Assembly (NCBI GenBank): GCA_002505695.1
Contig: DAVU01000013.1
Span: 95,852-159,851, forward strand
Source of the DNA: Euryarchaeota archaeon UBA487
Lineage (GTDB): Archaea; Thermoplasmatota; Poseidoniia; Poseidoniales; Thalassarchaeaceae
Direction of reading: 5' to 3'
Length of the DNA stretch: 64,000 bases
Position numbers and translations under genes: made by a program. Positions 19,962 through 31,000 of this stretch are shown piece after piece (the first letter of the stretch is position 1; the number at the start of each line of letters is the position of its first letter). The notes below the pieces were generated by a model that was not told the origin of the DNA, did not search any database, and saw nothing but the letters and a program-made list of their open reading frames with translations.

Positions 19962-20945
19962 ATGGCGATGGCAGCAAGCGACCCAAATTCAAGGGAACTC
20001 ATTCAGACTGTATCGATGATATCAAACAACCTGATGGGAGAGGTCTCTAAGGTAATAATCGGCAAGGAAGAAAATCTCCGAAAAATTGCCGTCGGGGTAC
20101 TCTCAAATGGAAATATGCTGCTAGAGGATTTCCCAGGTCTCGCCAAGACGTTAATGGCGAATACTTTCGCGACGGCCCTAGGATGCAAATTTAAGCGTGT
20201 ACAATTCACACCCGATCTGCTTCCAGCTGATATCATGGGCACTTACATGTATGATCAACAAGCAGGTGAATTCAAACTAAGGCCAGGCCCCCTTTTCACT
20301 AACGTCCTGTTAGCAGACGAGATCAACCGCGCGCCCCCAAAAACTCAGGCTGCGTTGTTGGAGGCCATGGAAGAGAAGCAGGTCACCATAGAAGGAATAA
20401 CTCACAAGCTACCTGCCCCATTCATAACAATCGCCACGCAAAATCCCATTGAGCAAGAAGGGACATATCCCTTGCCTGAGGCGCAAATGGATAGATTCCT
20501 GATGAAGATGTCCATGGGATACCCGGATCGACAGGAGGAGAAGTCAATTTTGCAACGTAGAAAATTGAGGGGCAAAGATGGACACGATGTCGAGACGATA
20601 ACAAGCCCAAAGAAGGTAGTAGCAATGCAGAAGGCGCTGGAGACCGTTCATGTTGACGCCGCTATTTTGACCTACATTGTTGAGCTTGTCCATCGAACCA
20701 GAGAGGATCACAGAGTAGTCACAGGAGCCTCTCCAAGGGCAAGTCAGTCGCTGTTCAAGACTGCGCGTGCGAGTGCTGCCATAGACGGTAGGGATTACGT
20801 AATTCCAGACGACGTCAAGCGTGTTGCTCTTGATGTTGTCAGTCACAGAATAGTTTTGAAGCCCGAGTCGAAAATCAGAGGGATCACAGGAGAACACATT
20901 GTCAGAAAGGTAATCTCAGAAGTCCCAGTACCAGTTGTTCAATGA
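19962..20945 (+). CDS. MoxR family AAA+ ATPase
   Basis: PGLAKT, RVQFTPDLLPAD, LADEINRAPPKTQAALLEAMEE, TQNPIEQEGTYPLPEAQMDRF. Confidence 0.96.
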   Translation: MAMAASDPNSRELIQTVSMISNNLMGEVSKVIIGKEENLRKIAVGVLSNGNMLLEDFPGLAKTLMANTFATALGCKFKRVQFTPDLLPADIMGTYMYDQQAGEFKLRPGPLFTNVLLADEINRAPPKTQAALLEAMEEKQVTIEGITHKLPAPFITIATQNPIEQEGTYPLPEAQMDRFLMKMSMGYPDRQEEKSILQRRKLRGKDGHDVETITSPKKVVAMQKALETVHVDAAILTYIVELVHRTREDHRVVTGASPRASQSLFKTARASAAIDGRDYVIPDDVKRVALDVVSHRIVLKPESKIRGITGEHIVRKVISEVPVPVVQ

Positions 20946-20981
20946 GCAAATACAATTCACCTGCGGCAACTGCGAAGCAAC

Positions 20982-21887
20982 GTGAGTCGTGCGATTGTGC
21001 TGGCAGTAGTCAATCACAAGGGCGGTTGTGGCAAAACCACGACTGTTACAAATCTAGGTGCAGCGTTATCCCTCGGATCGGAAGATAGGGGCATAAAACC
21101 GAGGAAAGTCCTGATCGTTGACCTCGATCCTAGAGGGAATGTCGCCACTACCTTCGGAGTGGACAAGAATGCATTGGGGCCGACAATGAATGGCCTCTTC
21201 CAAGCCGTCATCGACGGGTCAAGAATTGACATCAATCCGTTCGTCATTCCTCCTGAACAATTAACAAGATGGATGAGGAAGGCATGGAAGAGGCAATTTC
21301 CAAACCGGTCCAGAGGGCCTCCTGTAAGTCACAAGGTTGACTCATTGTCGTTGCTTCCCGCTGATCTTGATCTTTCTGGCATTGAAATAGAGCTTGCCAT
21401 GAGGATTGGAAGAGAGCATAGATTGAGGATAGCCTTGGAGGGTGCAATGGAACAGTTTGACTTGATAATTATTGACACTCCAGCATCATTGGGGCTTTTG
21501 ACAGTGAATGCCCTGACTGCTGCAGATTGGCTCTTAATCCCGATCCAAGCCGAATTCTATGCATTGGAAAGTATGGGACAGTTACTTGACACCCTACGGA
21601 AAGTTCAGTCAAGAGTTAACCCCTCATTGAAGTTGCTAGGTATTTCGATGACAATGGTTCAGACGGGTTCCAATCTAGGAAAAATGGTTGGTGATTCTGC
21701 ATTACGCCATTTTGGCGAGAGGATATTGAGGACCTCCATCCCAAGAAGTGTCTCTATAGCCGAGGCCCCACTATCGGGAGGGCCAATTGCCTTGACTACG
21801 AGTCCAATTGAGCGCCACCCTGGAAGCCTTGCCTACTGGGATCTTGCTTCAGATGTTAACTCAAGGTTTGAGTTAGCTTACAGTTAA
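20982..21887 (+). CDS. ParA/Soj family ATPase (ParA-1)
   Basis: Deviant Walker A KGGCGKTT, DLDPRGN, IIDTP, PIQAEFYALE, AEAP. Confidence 0.92.
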   Translation: MSRAIVLAVVNHKGGCGKTTTVTNLGAALSLGSEDRGIKPRKVLIVDLDPRGNVATTFGVDKNALGPTMNGLFQAVIDGSRIDINPFVIPPEQLTRWMRKAWKRQFPNRSRGPPVSHKVDSLSLLPADLDLSGIEIELAMRIGREHRLRIALEGAMEQFDLIIIDTPASLGLLTVNALTAADWLLIPIQAEFYALESMGQLLDTLRKVQSRVNPSLKLLGISMTMVQTGSNLGKMVGDSALRHFGERILRTSIPRSVSIAEAPLSGGPIALTTSPIERHPGSLAYWDLASDVNSRFELAYS

Positions 21888-21898
21888 TGACAGATACA

Positions 21899-22942
21899 TC
21901 ATTGATTGAATCTTGAAATGGTATCATCCACGATTCTATCCCACTCTGACAAGGCAGTACTTACCAATTCATCGACGTCCAGATCTTGATTTTCATTGTT
22001 CTTTATACGATTTAATTTGTTTTTGAGATCTAGGATCTGACTGGATCGACTCGCCTGGATTTTTCTCTCGACTTCCGCCCATCGAGCGAGTAAAGTCTCT
22101 CTCTTCCTCATTTCCGCTATTCTATCCATTGATTCCTTCTCGGCAGAGTACCAGGCCAACAGATCTTGATCAATCTCCAAAATGGCCATTGCTTCGATTT
22201 CGTTCATCTCTTTTTTGATGTTTGTCTCGATTTCCAAGGTGGCTCTACGTCTCTCCTCCTCAATGCGATCGCTGATCTCAATTTCTTTTCTTCTTCGGTA
22301 CAGGCTTAGGCGTTCCCTCATTTCAGTCTGAAGTTCGGCTTTCCTAGCCTCAAGCTTCATTTTCGATGCTTTTGAATAGGCATCTGACAATTCAAGCTCT
22401 AGTCTTCTATCCAATCTTTCGATCTCAGAGTCATACTCGAGTTTGACACGCATTTCCAGAGAAGACAAGCGGTGCCTGAACTCCTCCTCTATTTCCGCAG
22501 AAACCCTCTTCTTGACCTCGGAGGAGAGAATGTCGACCCTTTTCCTTCTCTCCAGATCAATCCGGTCACGAATTCGTCTCTCCTCGATAGCGAGTCTTGA
22601 CTCCATTTCGAGTTTCTGATGTCTCTCTTCCGCCGATCTGACTCTGCTCTCAAGCTCAGAAATTTCAATCTCATTGAGATCGAGCATTCTGTCACTGAGC
22701 CTGCGAAGATTATCCTCCAGTCTTTCATTGTGTGCATTTTCAATTACTTTACGGGCATCATTAATTCTCGCTGCTGCATCTGAAAGGGCATAGTCGGTTC
22801 CCTGCCCTATTGGTGGACTTTCGGGGTTTATTAGGTTCCCACCAATTGAACGGTATTTCTTTTCATTCAACAGATCTATCCTTTGCCTTCTGAGCGAGGA
22901 GAGCTCTTCTAGGTCATCTTCGATAGATCCGACATCTTCCAT
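21899..22942 (-). CDS. Hypothetical long coiled-coil protein
   Basis: 347 aa, E/R/K/L-rich heptad pattern, no TM segment. Confidence 0.7.
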   Translation of the reverse strand: MEDVGSIEDDLEELSSLRRQRIDLLNEKKYRSIGGNLINPESPPIGQGTDYALSDAAARINDARKVIENAHNERLEDNLRRLSDRMLDLNEIEISELESRVRSAEERHQKLEMESRLAIEERRIRDRIDLERRKRVDILSSEVKKRVSAEIEEEFRHRLSSLEMRVKLEYDSEIERLDRRLELELSDAYSKASKMKLEARKAELQTEMRERLSLYRRRKEIEISDRIEEERRRATLEIETNIKKEMNEIEAMAILEIDQDLLAWYSAEKESMDRIAEMRKRETLLARWAEVERKIQASRSSQILDLKNKLNRIKNNENQDLDVDELVSTALSEWDRIVDDTISRFNQ

Positions 22943-22999
22943 ACCGACACGTCCGGGAGCCTTCCGTGTGGGTTATTGGTCTTCAATTTCCCTGAGGTT

Positions 23000-23392
23000 T
23001 TAGAATGTGACAGAAAACTCGCTCTCACAAGCTGGACAGGCTATAGTCCTCGATCCTGGCCTTGGCTTCAACCTCAACATCCGGTCGCAGGAAGGGCATC
23101 CAATCTCAACTTTGACTACCTTCGGTGTTATACGAAAAGGGGCTCTGCAGGAACCACAAATTAACTCGATTGGTCTCTCCTCTGAGCCTGCGACTACAAG
23201 TGTCTTGCAAGAGGGGCAGGGGAGTCTCTCTTCTCTCAAGTCTGTGATTGTCCTTTCATGAGTGACTCTGCATATTGCCCCACATAACAAGCAAGTTATT
23301 TCGCCCAATCCCAATGGAAGCATGCCTTCACAATGAGCGCACCTTGCGATTGGTGGCGCAACCTTGGATTCAATCTCAACTAACCCTTCCAC
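23000..23392 (-). CDS. Triple zinc-ribbon protein
   Basis: Six CxxC pairs (CAHC, CLLC, CPSC, CGSC, CPSC, CPAC) in 130 aa. Confidence 0.75.
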   Translation of the reverse strand: MEGLVEIESKVAPPIARCAHCEGMLPLGLGEITCLLCGAICRVTHERTITDLREERLPCPSCKTLVVAGSEERPIELICGSCRAPFRITPKVVKVEIGCPSCDRMLRLKPRPGSRTIACPACESEFSVTF

Positions 23393-23414
23393 GTGAATCC
23401 ACCAATGTCCTCAT

Positions 23415-25997
23415 TCATGAAGTGGTCGCAGGTTTGTTATTGTTTGAGAGCATTATCTTGAATGATTCTGCGATGTCAGACCGGAGGTGAGCATAAACGA
23501 TCTTCACGACTTCGAGCGGAGATTCACCCGAGTCCTTGACGAGCATCCCATTCAGAATCACGATGAAGACTGAGGCCTCATGTAAGGCTATTCCGATTGC
23601 GATGCTCGAGTTTACCTCGAAAATCGTAGTAAGTACTAGAATTGCCGTGACAATCATAGAGATAGCGATGTTCACTGAGACTCGGAGCCTGGTCCTCTTT
23701 GAGATCTGGACCAGTTTTGCAATTGTATTGGGATCTTGGCCTGGGATCAGCACATCCGCAGCTTCCAGATTTATTTGCTCGCCGGAACCCATGGCAATTC
23801 CAACAGTTGCTGCCGCCAAAGCACCGGAGTCGTTGAATCCATCTCCGGCCATAATGGTGGACCTGGCTGCAGTTAGATCCCGCACTATCTGCGCTTTACC
23901 TTCCGGTGTGACGTCGCCCCTACACTTAGAAGGCGAAATTCCGATAGAGTCTGCGAACTTTTCAACTGCGGATTGTTGGTCACCCGATAGTATCTGTATC
24001 TCCATTTTATTTTCCCTCAAAGATCGGATAAGATTCGAAGCTCCCTTCCTGATATCATCATTTCTGAAAGTAAAGAGTGCAACCACCCGGCCGTCGATTC
24101 CGAGAAAGCAGGATCCCATTCCATTTTCGGCGTGTTCATGTGAGAGGGTCTTGAGTCTCTTGTTCTGTCTGAAACCCTTCGATATGACCCAAGAATAGGA
24201 TCCCAACACGACGTTCTTCCCTTGGGTTGTGCCACTTACCCCAGCTTCACCATCTGTGATCGATCTGACATGGGCGCTCTCCACAGATAATCTCCCAGCT
24301 TCTGAGATTATGGTTTCTGCATATGGGTGATTGCTTTTTTTCTCTAGGCCAGAAGCAACAGACAGAGCATAATCATGTTCTATGCCCCGGATAGTATCTA
24401 TGGAGTGTATAGTCGGCCTCCCAGAAGTGAGCGTTCCCGTTTTGTCCAATAGTACCAAGTCGGCACTGGCAATGTTCTCGATTATGTCCCCTCCTCTGGC
24501 CACAACCCCTGCTGCCGACGAGGCTGATAGCGCAGTCGCATGAGGAACAGGGGCTGCCAACAACAAAGCGCATGGACAGGAGACGACCCATAGGATCAAT
24601 GTCGCAACCATGTTTCCAGAGTAAAGCCCATAGGCGATCGAAGAAATTAGCACGAATGGGACCCAAACAGCGGTGAACTGTTCTATGATCGACTGAGTTT
24701 TAGATGGCGTCTCCTTGTATCTTCTTACTAGCTCAATCAATGAATATAGTCTGGTATTCTTCCCAATGTCATCTGCCCTGATTATTACAGGTCCACGAAC
24801 CAGAGTCAGACCTGCCTCAACTTGGTCTCCTAATTTCACTGGAATAGGTATTGGTTCTCCGGTCAGTGGGGCCCTGTTGATTAGGCCATTGCCTTCGAGA
24901 ATTATTCCGTCAACTGGAATCACCTCTCCTGATCGGATCTCAACGCGATCCCCCTGTATGACCCCGTCAATGGGTGTCATTCCATCTCCAAAGTCAATCT
25001 TCTCAATGACTTTTCCTTTATCATCTGAGACGACTCTCGCTGATGTTGGCAACCTGTCAAGCCCTCCCTGCATCGCATTTCTTGCTTCTGAAAGGGTTCT
25101 CTCCTCAATGTAGGATGCCAGAGCGACTAGACCCGTGACGATGACCGACTCAAACCATTCTCCTAACAAAAAAGCCCCGAGCACTGCGAGGGAAGTTAAC
25201 AATTGGAAGCCAAAAACTAAGTTGAAAAGGCTGGAAATTGCTGATCTGAACATCTGTTGACCTGTGAACAAGACCACAATTGTAGTGAAGATAGCAGGAA
25301 TTATATTATTCACTTCAGCTGCATCCATTACCAACAGAATTGCCAATGCAGGTATCGTCATCACCGCAGAGATTAGTTGCTTCTGATCATCTCGGAGTCT
25401 GATTTTTTGAGATGGCCTAGTTTTTACATGTCCCCCGAGCAGGGAGTTGAGCCTAGATCCTGAATAGTTCCTCACCCTGGTCTCCTTGATAGGAGATCTT
25501 TGTAATTCAAGCACGGCATTCTCTGTCCTCACACCAAGTATCCCAGGCAGCTCAAGTATCCGACTCTCTAGCTTGTGTCTATCTATGCCCAATTCAGCCG
25601 CCGCTATGGTGGGAACGACGCCAATCGCCTCTTCCCACTCAATATCGGGGGGGTGGCCCAGACCTGACAGGACTGAGTTCACCCTAGAAGTTCTCCCTAG
25701 TGAAACATCTAATTTGACTCTGACCCTTCCTTCAGTGGCCGATACGATAGCCTCTTTCACTCCTGGAACCCGACGAACCACGGTCGTTGCTTTCATAGCG
25801 CAGTCAGGACAGTCTAAGCCTCGCAATCCCCACTCAAATTCGATTACGCCATGAGGTGAAAGTTCAGGGTCTTCATCAACATGCCCTGAATTTGATGGGA
25901 ACTTGATGGCCTCGACATTTGAGATCTGAAAATCGGCTGGCATGAAGGGGAACTTGGGGGGGCCGACCCGACCCCCGCCCTCGTCCTCGGTGCCCAT
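23415..25997 (-). CDS. Heavy-metal translocating P1B-type ATPase
   Basis: HMA GLDCPDC, TGEP, SCPC, DKTGTLT, HP, GDGFND. Start moved to MGTEDE because the ORF-track extension overlaps the divergent HAD gene. Confidence 0.95.
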   Translation of the reverse strand: MGTEDEGGGRVGPPKFPFMPADFQISNVEAIKFPSNSGHVDEDPELSPHGVIEFEWGLRGLDCPDCAMKATTVVRRVPGVKEAIVSATEGRVRVKLDVSLGRTSRVNSVLSGLGHPPDIEWEEAIGVVPTIAAAELGIDRHKLESRILELPGILGVRTENAVLELQRSPIKETRVRNYSGSRLNSLLGGHVKTRPSQKIRLRDDQKQLISAVMTIPALAILLVMDAAEVNNIIPAIFTTIVVLFTGQQMFRSAISSLFNLVFGFQLLTSLAVLGAFLLGEWFESVIVTGLVALASYIEERTLSEARNAMQGGLDRLPTSARVVSDDKGKVIEKIDFGDGMTPIDGVIQGDRVEIRSGEVIPVDGIILEGNGLINRAPLTGEPIPIPVKLGDQVEAGLTLVRGPVIIRADDIGKNTRLYSLIELVRRYKETPSKTQSIIEQFTAVWVPFVLISSIAYGLYSGNMVATLILWVVSCPCALLLAAPVPHATALSASSAAGVVARGGDIIENIASADLVLLDKTGTLTSGRPTIHSIDTIRGIEHDYALSVASGLEKKSNHPYAETIISEAGRLSVESAHVRSITDGEAGVSGTTQGKNVVLGSYSWVISKGFRQNKRLKTLSHEHAENGMGSCFLGIDGRVVALFTFRNDDIRKGASNLIRSLRENKMEIQILSGDQQSAVEKFADSIGISPSKCRGDVTPEGKAQIVRDLTAARSTIMAGDGFNDSGALAAATVGIAMGSGEQINLEAADVLIPGQDPNTIAKLVQISKRTRLRVSVNIAISMIVTAILVLTTIFEVNSSIAIGIALHEASVFIVILNGMLVKDSGESPLEVVKIVYAHLRSDIAESFKIMLSNNNKPATTS

Positions 25998-26021
25998 GAT
26001 AACCCAATTTTGCCCGTAGAA

Positions 26022-26028
26022 CTTCAAA
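26022..26028. promoter_or_regulatory. Putative bidirectional TATA-like box (TTCAAA on +, TTGAAG on -) shared by the HAD phosphatase and P1B-ATPase genes
   Basis: 27 nt before ATG 26050 and 30 nt before the reverse-strand ATG 25997. The same spacing recurs at many genes. Confidence 0.55.
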
Positions 26029-26049
26029 CTGCGGATTACAGGGAGGGTC

Positions 26050-26787
26050 ATGACGAAACAAAATGGGAATGATCTGCTCACCCCGAGTATCGAAGACATA
26101 GACATGATAGTGTTCGATGTTGATGGTACCCTGATGGACAGGGATGGAATGCCGCCGGGAATGGTCGGGTTGATGAAGGAAACGGAGAGTCGCGGCGTTA
26201 CTATCTCGCTGGCGTCAGGGAGGACATTGCCAAATCTGACTCCAATACACCAGGCGCTAGGACTCTCCGGGTTCATTATCGCTGAAAATGGTGGTGTCTT
26301 ATGGGATGGGCCAAAAGGCCAAAAAATTGAGTTAAGAGCAAATGGGGATCGTTGCAGAGAGTCCATCGAATGGATTGCAACTCAGATGCCAGAGATTGAC
26401 CCATCAGGGATAGAGTCCAATAGGTGGAGGGAAACTGAATGGTGTATATCAGGACCTCATGACATCAATGCAATCCGAGAACTGTTGGAATTCTCCAAAT
26501 GGTCCGACCTTAGAGTGGTTGGGACAGGTTTTGCAATCCATGTGACTGAAAGGGGAATAAACAAAAAAACAGCGCTTGAGATCATGCTCCCACGGAGAAA
26601 TGTCAACCCGAAAAGGGTCCTCTCTTGCGGGGATGGCCTAAACGATGTTCCTATGTTTGAGTTGACGGGGTACTCAATCGCAGTTGATGACAAGTACGAC
26701 AGGGTTTGCTCAGCGGCCATGTCCCACACGACCAGGATGGGGCCGAGAGGAGTGATTGAGATTCTGACGAGGTTGAATGCAAAGTAG
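26050..26787 (+). CDS. HAD-superfamily hydrolase, archaeal phosphoglycolate phosphatase (TA0175-like)
   Basis: FDVDGTL, ASGR, AENGG, NK, GDGLND. Confidence 0.9.
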   Translation: MTKQNGNDLLTPSIEDIDMIVFDVDGTLMDRDGMPPGMVGLMKETESRGVTISLASGRTLPNLTPIHQALGLSGFIIAENGGVLWDGPKGQKIELRANGDRCRESIEWIATQMPEIDPSGIESNRWRETEWCISGPHDINAIRELLEFSKWSDLRVVGTGFAIHVTERGINKKTALEIMLPRRNVNPKRVLSCGDGLNDVPMFELTGYSIAVDDKYDRVCSAAMSHTTRMGPRGVIEILTRLNAK

Positions 26788-26795
26788 TCAATTTT

Positions 26796-28040
26796 TCATT
26801 GAAACAGCCTTTTGACCACGTTAGTTGCGTAAGAGCCGGATGGCAGATCGAATGACAGAGTACATTTCCATCTTTTATGCTTGCTTGAGCCGTTTAGGTC
26901 ATCGAGGATGGGTACTGAGGCTTCAAGATCTGTCGGGAAGACGACAGTATTTCTTTCATGATTTGACATCTTTATTCCAAGGGATTTCACCATCTGGTGT
27001 CCTTCTCGGCTTATACTGGTGATTCGCTCTTGCATTGAGGGGTGCATATGTCCTATCCTTGTCTCATCCAACGTTGGCATTTCCAGAACTTGGGGGATGG
27101 TATTCAGTGTCTGAGCTATGTTTTCAATGAGGGACCGCTTTGCTCTACCTCTCCTTCCGACAGGGGCCCTAGGGTACAAAAGTGGGCCTCCAACACCAAT
27201 TTCGATACATCTGAGTAGATGATCTGGGTAAGAGCTGAGTATGATGTCACGTAGAACGCCATTCCAAATTTCCGACTGCCAAGCAGAAATCCAAAGTCCT
27301 CTGAGGCTTCTCGGGACTGCAGAGTACGCTGCAATCATTGCTTCATGAGGAGTGTTTGATTTGTCTTTCCAGGCTCTCAATATTTCTTTGAATGGCTTGT
27401 ACTGAATTGATTCCAATTCCAACTCATCTAGGTTCGACCACAGAAGTCTTAACCTTTTTTTGTCTCTTCTCCTACTGGATCTGTCCGAGGGCTGTGGACT
27501 GGTGAGGTGTAATCTCATGGCACCTTCAAGATCCCCAGAAATTAGCATTTGGCCAGGTAGGAAGCCCCCGGATGCCGATCCAAATCTCTGGGAGTCGAAC
27601 CAATTGGGTATCCCCACCGATTTTACCTGCGCGATTCTGCTGGGCAGCAATTGTACATCGCGATGAACGATGTCCCTTACCGTGATTGTAAATCGATTCC
27701 CCCTGTGATCTCCGGATTTCAATGGGCGTTCTGCACCTCCGAAAGGTGTCATAGACCATCCACTTCCATGGACCTTATTTTTTGGCGCGTAATTCCTCGG
27801 GATTGTGATCAACTGAGATGTCACAGACCTTTTGTCTTTCAAACCAGAAATGCCCCACGAGGATACGGGTATACCAATTTTTTTGGATATCACAGACAGT
27901 AGCGCCTGTGTTTCCCATCCAGTTTTAGTTAATTCAAAGACTGCGAAAGGGAGCTTCGTGTCATCCTCGGTGATTAGTCCTGGGTGTGGTGGTTGTTCTT
28001 CCACCTGAAATTCTTCTGGCGTAGTGCGGATCTTTACCAT
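26796..28040 (-). CDS. truD: tRNA pseudouridine synthase D
   Basis: PEEFQVEE, GLKDKRSVTSQ (catalytic Asp), GNRFTI, PNWFDSQRFG, FDLPSGSYAT. Confidence 0.93.
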   Translation of the reverse strand: MVKIRTTPEEFQVEEQPPHPGLITEDDTKLPFAVFELTKTGWETQALLSVISKKIGIPVSSWGISGLKDKRSVTSQLITIPRNYAPKNKVHGSGWSMTPFGGAERPLKSGDHRGNRFTITVRDIVHRDVQLLPSRIAQVKSVGIPNWFDSQRFGSASGGFLPGQMLISGDLEGAMRLHLTSPQPSDRSSRRRDKKRLRLLWSNLDELELESIQYKPFKEILRAWKDKSNTPHEAMIAAYSAVPRSLRGLWISAWQSEIWNGVLRDIILSSYPDHLLRCIEIGVGGPLLYPRAPVGRRGRAKRSLIENIAQTLNTIPQVLEMPTLDETRIGHMHPSMQERITSISREGHQMVKSLGIKMSNHERNTVVFPTDLEASVPILDDLNGSSKHKRWKCTLSFDLPSGSYATNVVKRLFQ

Positions 28041-28055
28041 TATCTGGCTCCATAG

Positions 28056-31000
28056 TTAACGCTCTAGTGCTTCGATCATGCCTTGAATGTCTTGGTTCTG
28101 AGGCTTGTTTCTGTGATTTCTGGAACTCATAACCGAAGAGGCCAGCAATCCGGTGATTAGGATTGAGCCCATCGAGACAGTGGCCATCAAAACACCCTCA
28201 TCAAATGTCCTGGTTGAGTCGAAGGGGTACGCGTCGCTCGAATCCAACACTCCATCATTATCGTCATCCGAATCCTCATTGTCACCTACACCATCCATGT
28301 CAAAATCAGATGTCTCAAAGGGGTCGAGTGGGAATGCATCCTCCGAGTCAATTACACCATCACCATCATCATCATCGTCAATTACATTGCAGATCTGATC
28401 TGAATCCGTATCCACGGGCGTGCTGGAGGCATCTGTGGAGGACGTGCCGCAGGTGATCTCTTCTTGGTCGAGCCATCCATCCCCGTCGTCGTCTGCATCC
28501 TGGTCGTCGCTTACTCCATCGGAATCTGTGTCTCTTTGTTGGGCAGCGCACCCTGATGAGTCAACGGAGTCCATCAAAGAAGTCGTTGTTGGACATGCAT
28601 CGTTTGAGTCTGTGACCCCGTCGTCGTCGTCATCAGTGTCTGCGTTGTCCCCAATTCCATCGAGGTCAAAGTCCGATGATTCATTTGAGTTCAACGGGAA
28701 GGCGTCATCATCGTCCAAGGTTCCGTCTCCGTCGTCATCAGTGTCTGCGTTGTTTCCCAGACCATCTCCATCAGTGTCAATTGACTCTGCCGGGCTTTTC
28801 GGGAAGGCGTCTTGTTCATCTGGTACTCCGTCCCCGTCATCGTCTGAATCTGAGTTATCACCGACCCCATCCGAATCGGTGTCTATGGTCTCCAGAGAGT
28901 CCAGGGGGAAGGCGTCCTGTAGGTCTTGTACCCCATCTCCATCATCGTCCGAGTCCGCGTTGTTGCCGAGCCCGTCCGAGTCAGTGTCGAGTGTTTCGGA
29001 AGAGTCCAGTGGGAAGGCATCCTCATCGTCAAGAACGCCGTCATCGTCATCGTCAGAATCCGCGTTGTCGCCTATTCCGTCCGAGTCATAGTCAGCCCAC
29101 TCTGAGGAGTTCAACGGGAACAGATCGAGGGAGTCGCTCACACCATCTCCATCATCGTCCGAGTCCGCGTTGTTGCCGAGCCCGTCCGAGTCCGTGTCGA
29201 GTGTTTCGGAAGAGTCCAGTGGGAAGGCATCCTCATCGTCAAGAACGCCGTCATCGTCATCGTCAGAGTCCGCGTTGTCGCCTATTCCGTCCGAGTCCGT
29301 GTCTGTGGTTTCGAGGGGATTGTCTGGGAATGCGTCATTCAGATCGAGTACGCCATCACCATCATCGTCGGAGTCTTCGTTCGAACCGATTCCGTCCCCA
29401 TCAAGATCGTCCCATTCAGCTGGATTGAGAGGGAAGGCATCGGCGGTATCATTGAATCCGTCGTTGTCGTCATCCAGATCCAGATTATTGCCAATTCCAT
29501 CCGAGTCTGTATCGACCCATTCTGTACTGTTGAATGGGAATGAGTCTTCTGTGTCTGGATAGCCATCATTATCATCATCTGGATCTATGACGTCGCAGAC
29601 TGAGTCCTGGTCGAAATCCGATGGGACTGATGTGTTGTTCATTGGGTCAGTTCCACACTGTGACTCAATGATGTCGATCCACCCATCGTTGTCATCATCG
29701 TAGTCCGAATTGTCCCCGAGTCCATCCCCATCCCAATCGGAGGACTCCGTATCATCGAGTGGGAAGTGGTCGTAGTCATCCAAAACACCGTCATTATCAT
29801 CGTCATGATCTCGGTGTGTCCCGAAATCGGTTATTTCGGGATTCGTCATGTATAGACTCGTTGGCAATACGATATCATCTATCCATGCAGCATCCAGCCC
29901 GTTTGAAACGGTGACGTCCTTGTTGTAGGTCCACCTGAGGGTATGGGTACCTTGTGTAAGCATGAAAGAGTGATTCGTCCAATCGATATCCCCTGACCAC
30001 GATTCAACTTGGGTTCCGTCGATGTAGAATTCCAAGAAGTCATAGTTGGATTCAGAGTCTACTTTGAATGCAAAGCTGCCTGCCGCGCCTTCCGTAGCTA
30101 TTACCAGGGAAATCGATGACATTGAACTGTCACTGATTGACCCGGACCTCAGGGAATAGCTCCCAGAGTTGGAAGTCAAGTTTTGATTATACCATGGAGT
30201 GCCGGTGCCAAGATCCCACTGGAATGTCGAATTCAGATTCGGATCTTCGAAATCATCTGTCTGGAAGTTGCAACACACAGGCTTGTATGTTTCGTCCGCC
30301 TTTCCATCTCCATCTGTATCCTGCCATGCTTGGTCGTCCAGTGGGAAGGCGTCCATATTGTCTTCTACTCCATCGCCGTCATCATCCATGTCTATGTCAT
30401 CGCACATACCATCTGAGTCAGTATCTGCAATAGGTATGCTGAGTGGATTATACGGATCAGTCCCACAAATCAATTCGGACACATTCGACCAAGTGTCACC
30501 GTCTATGTCGTCATCCATGGCATCGCAGGTCCCATCGTTGTCAGAGTCAAGCGGCGTCGAATTAGGATCGTTGAGTAGTGAGCCGCAAAGGTTCTCCTCT
30601 TCATCAGACCAACCATCCCCATCGGCGTCCGCATCTGTTCCGTGGATTACAAGTTGCCAATCATTCACAGTGCCATTTGAGGACGTTGGATTGACATCGA
30701 TGACTTCCACAGTCCATGTCCCGGAACTTATCTCGTCGAAATGGTGCATGCTTACCATTTTGTGATATCTCATGTTCCCATAGTCAGCAGGGTTGGTGTC
30801 TGCAAGTATCGATGTGTATCCACTTGGGGAGGTCAGGGTAATTATGAGGTCCCCAGGATCGTCGTGGTCAATGTCCATGTACAACTCTACACTTTCTATG
30901 CTGACCATATCGGTGACTGTGTGCGAGAATGACAAGGGAGATCCGGTTGAAGGTATATTGACGGAGGGGGTGTATAAGGGGGAGGACACATTGACCTCGG

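Noticed and set aside
21101-21111. GAGGAAAGTCC, the RNase P RNA P4 motif
   Set aside because: Lies inside the ParA-1 coding sequence, and I saw no matching 3' P4 strand.
25998-26366. 123-aa N-terminal extension of the P1B-ATPase, and similar extensions of polB, ParA-2, fasciclin and coxD in the ORF track
   Set aside because: They overlap neighbouring genes or promoters; downstream starts fit protein context and promoter spacing better.
28420-30765. Long Ser-rich and Arg/His-rich ORFs on the + strand
   Set aside because: Antisense shadows of the Asp-rich TSP3 repeats of the S8 protease.
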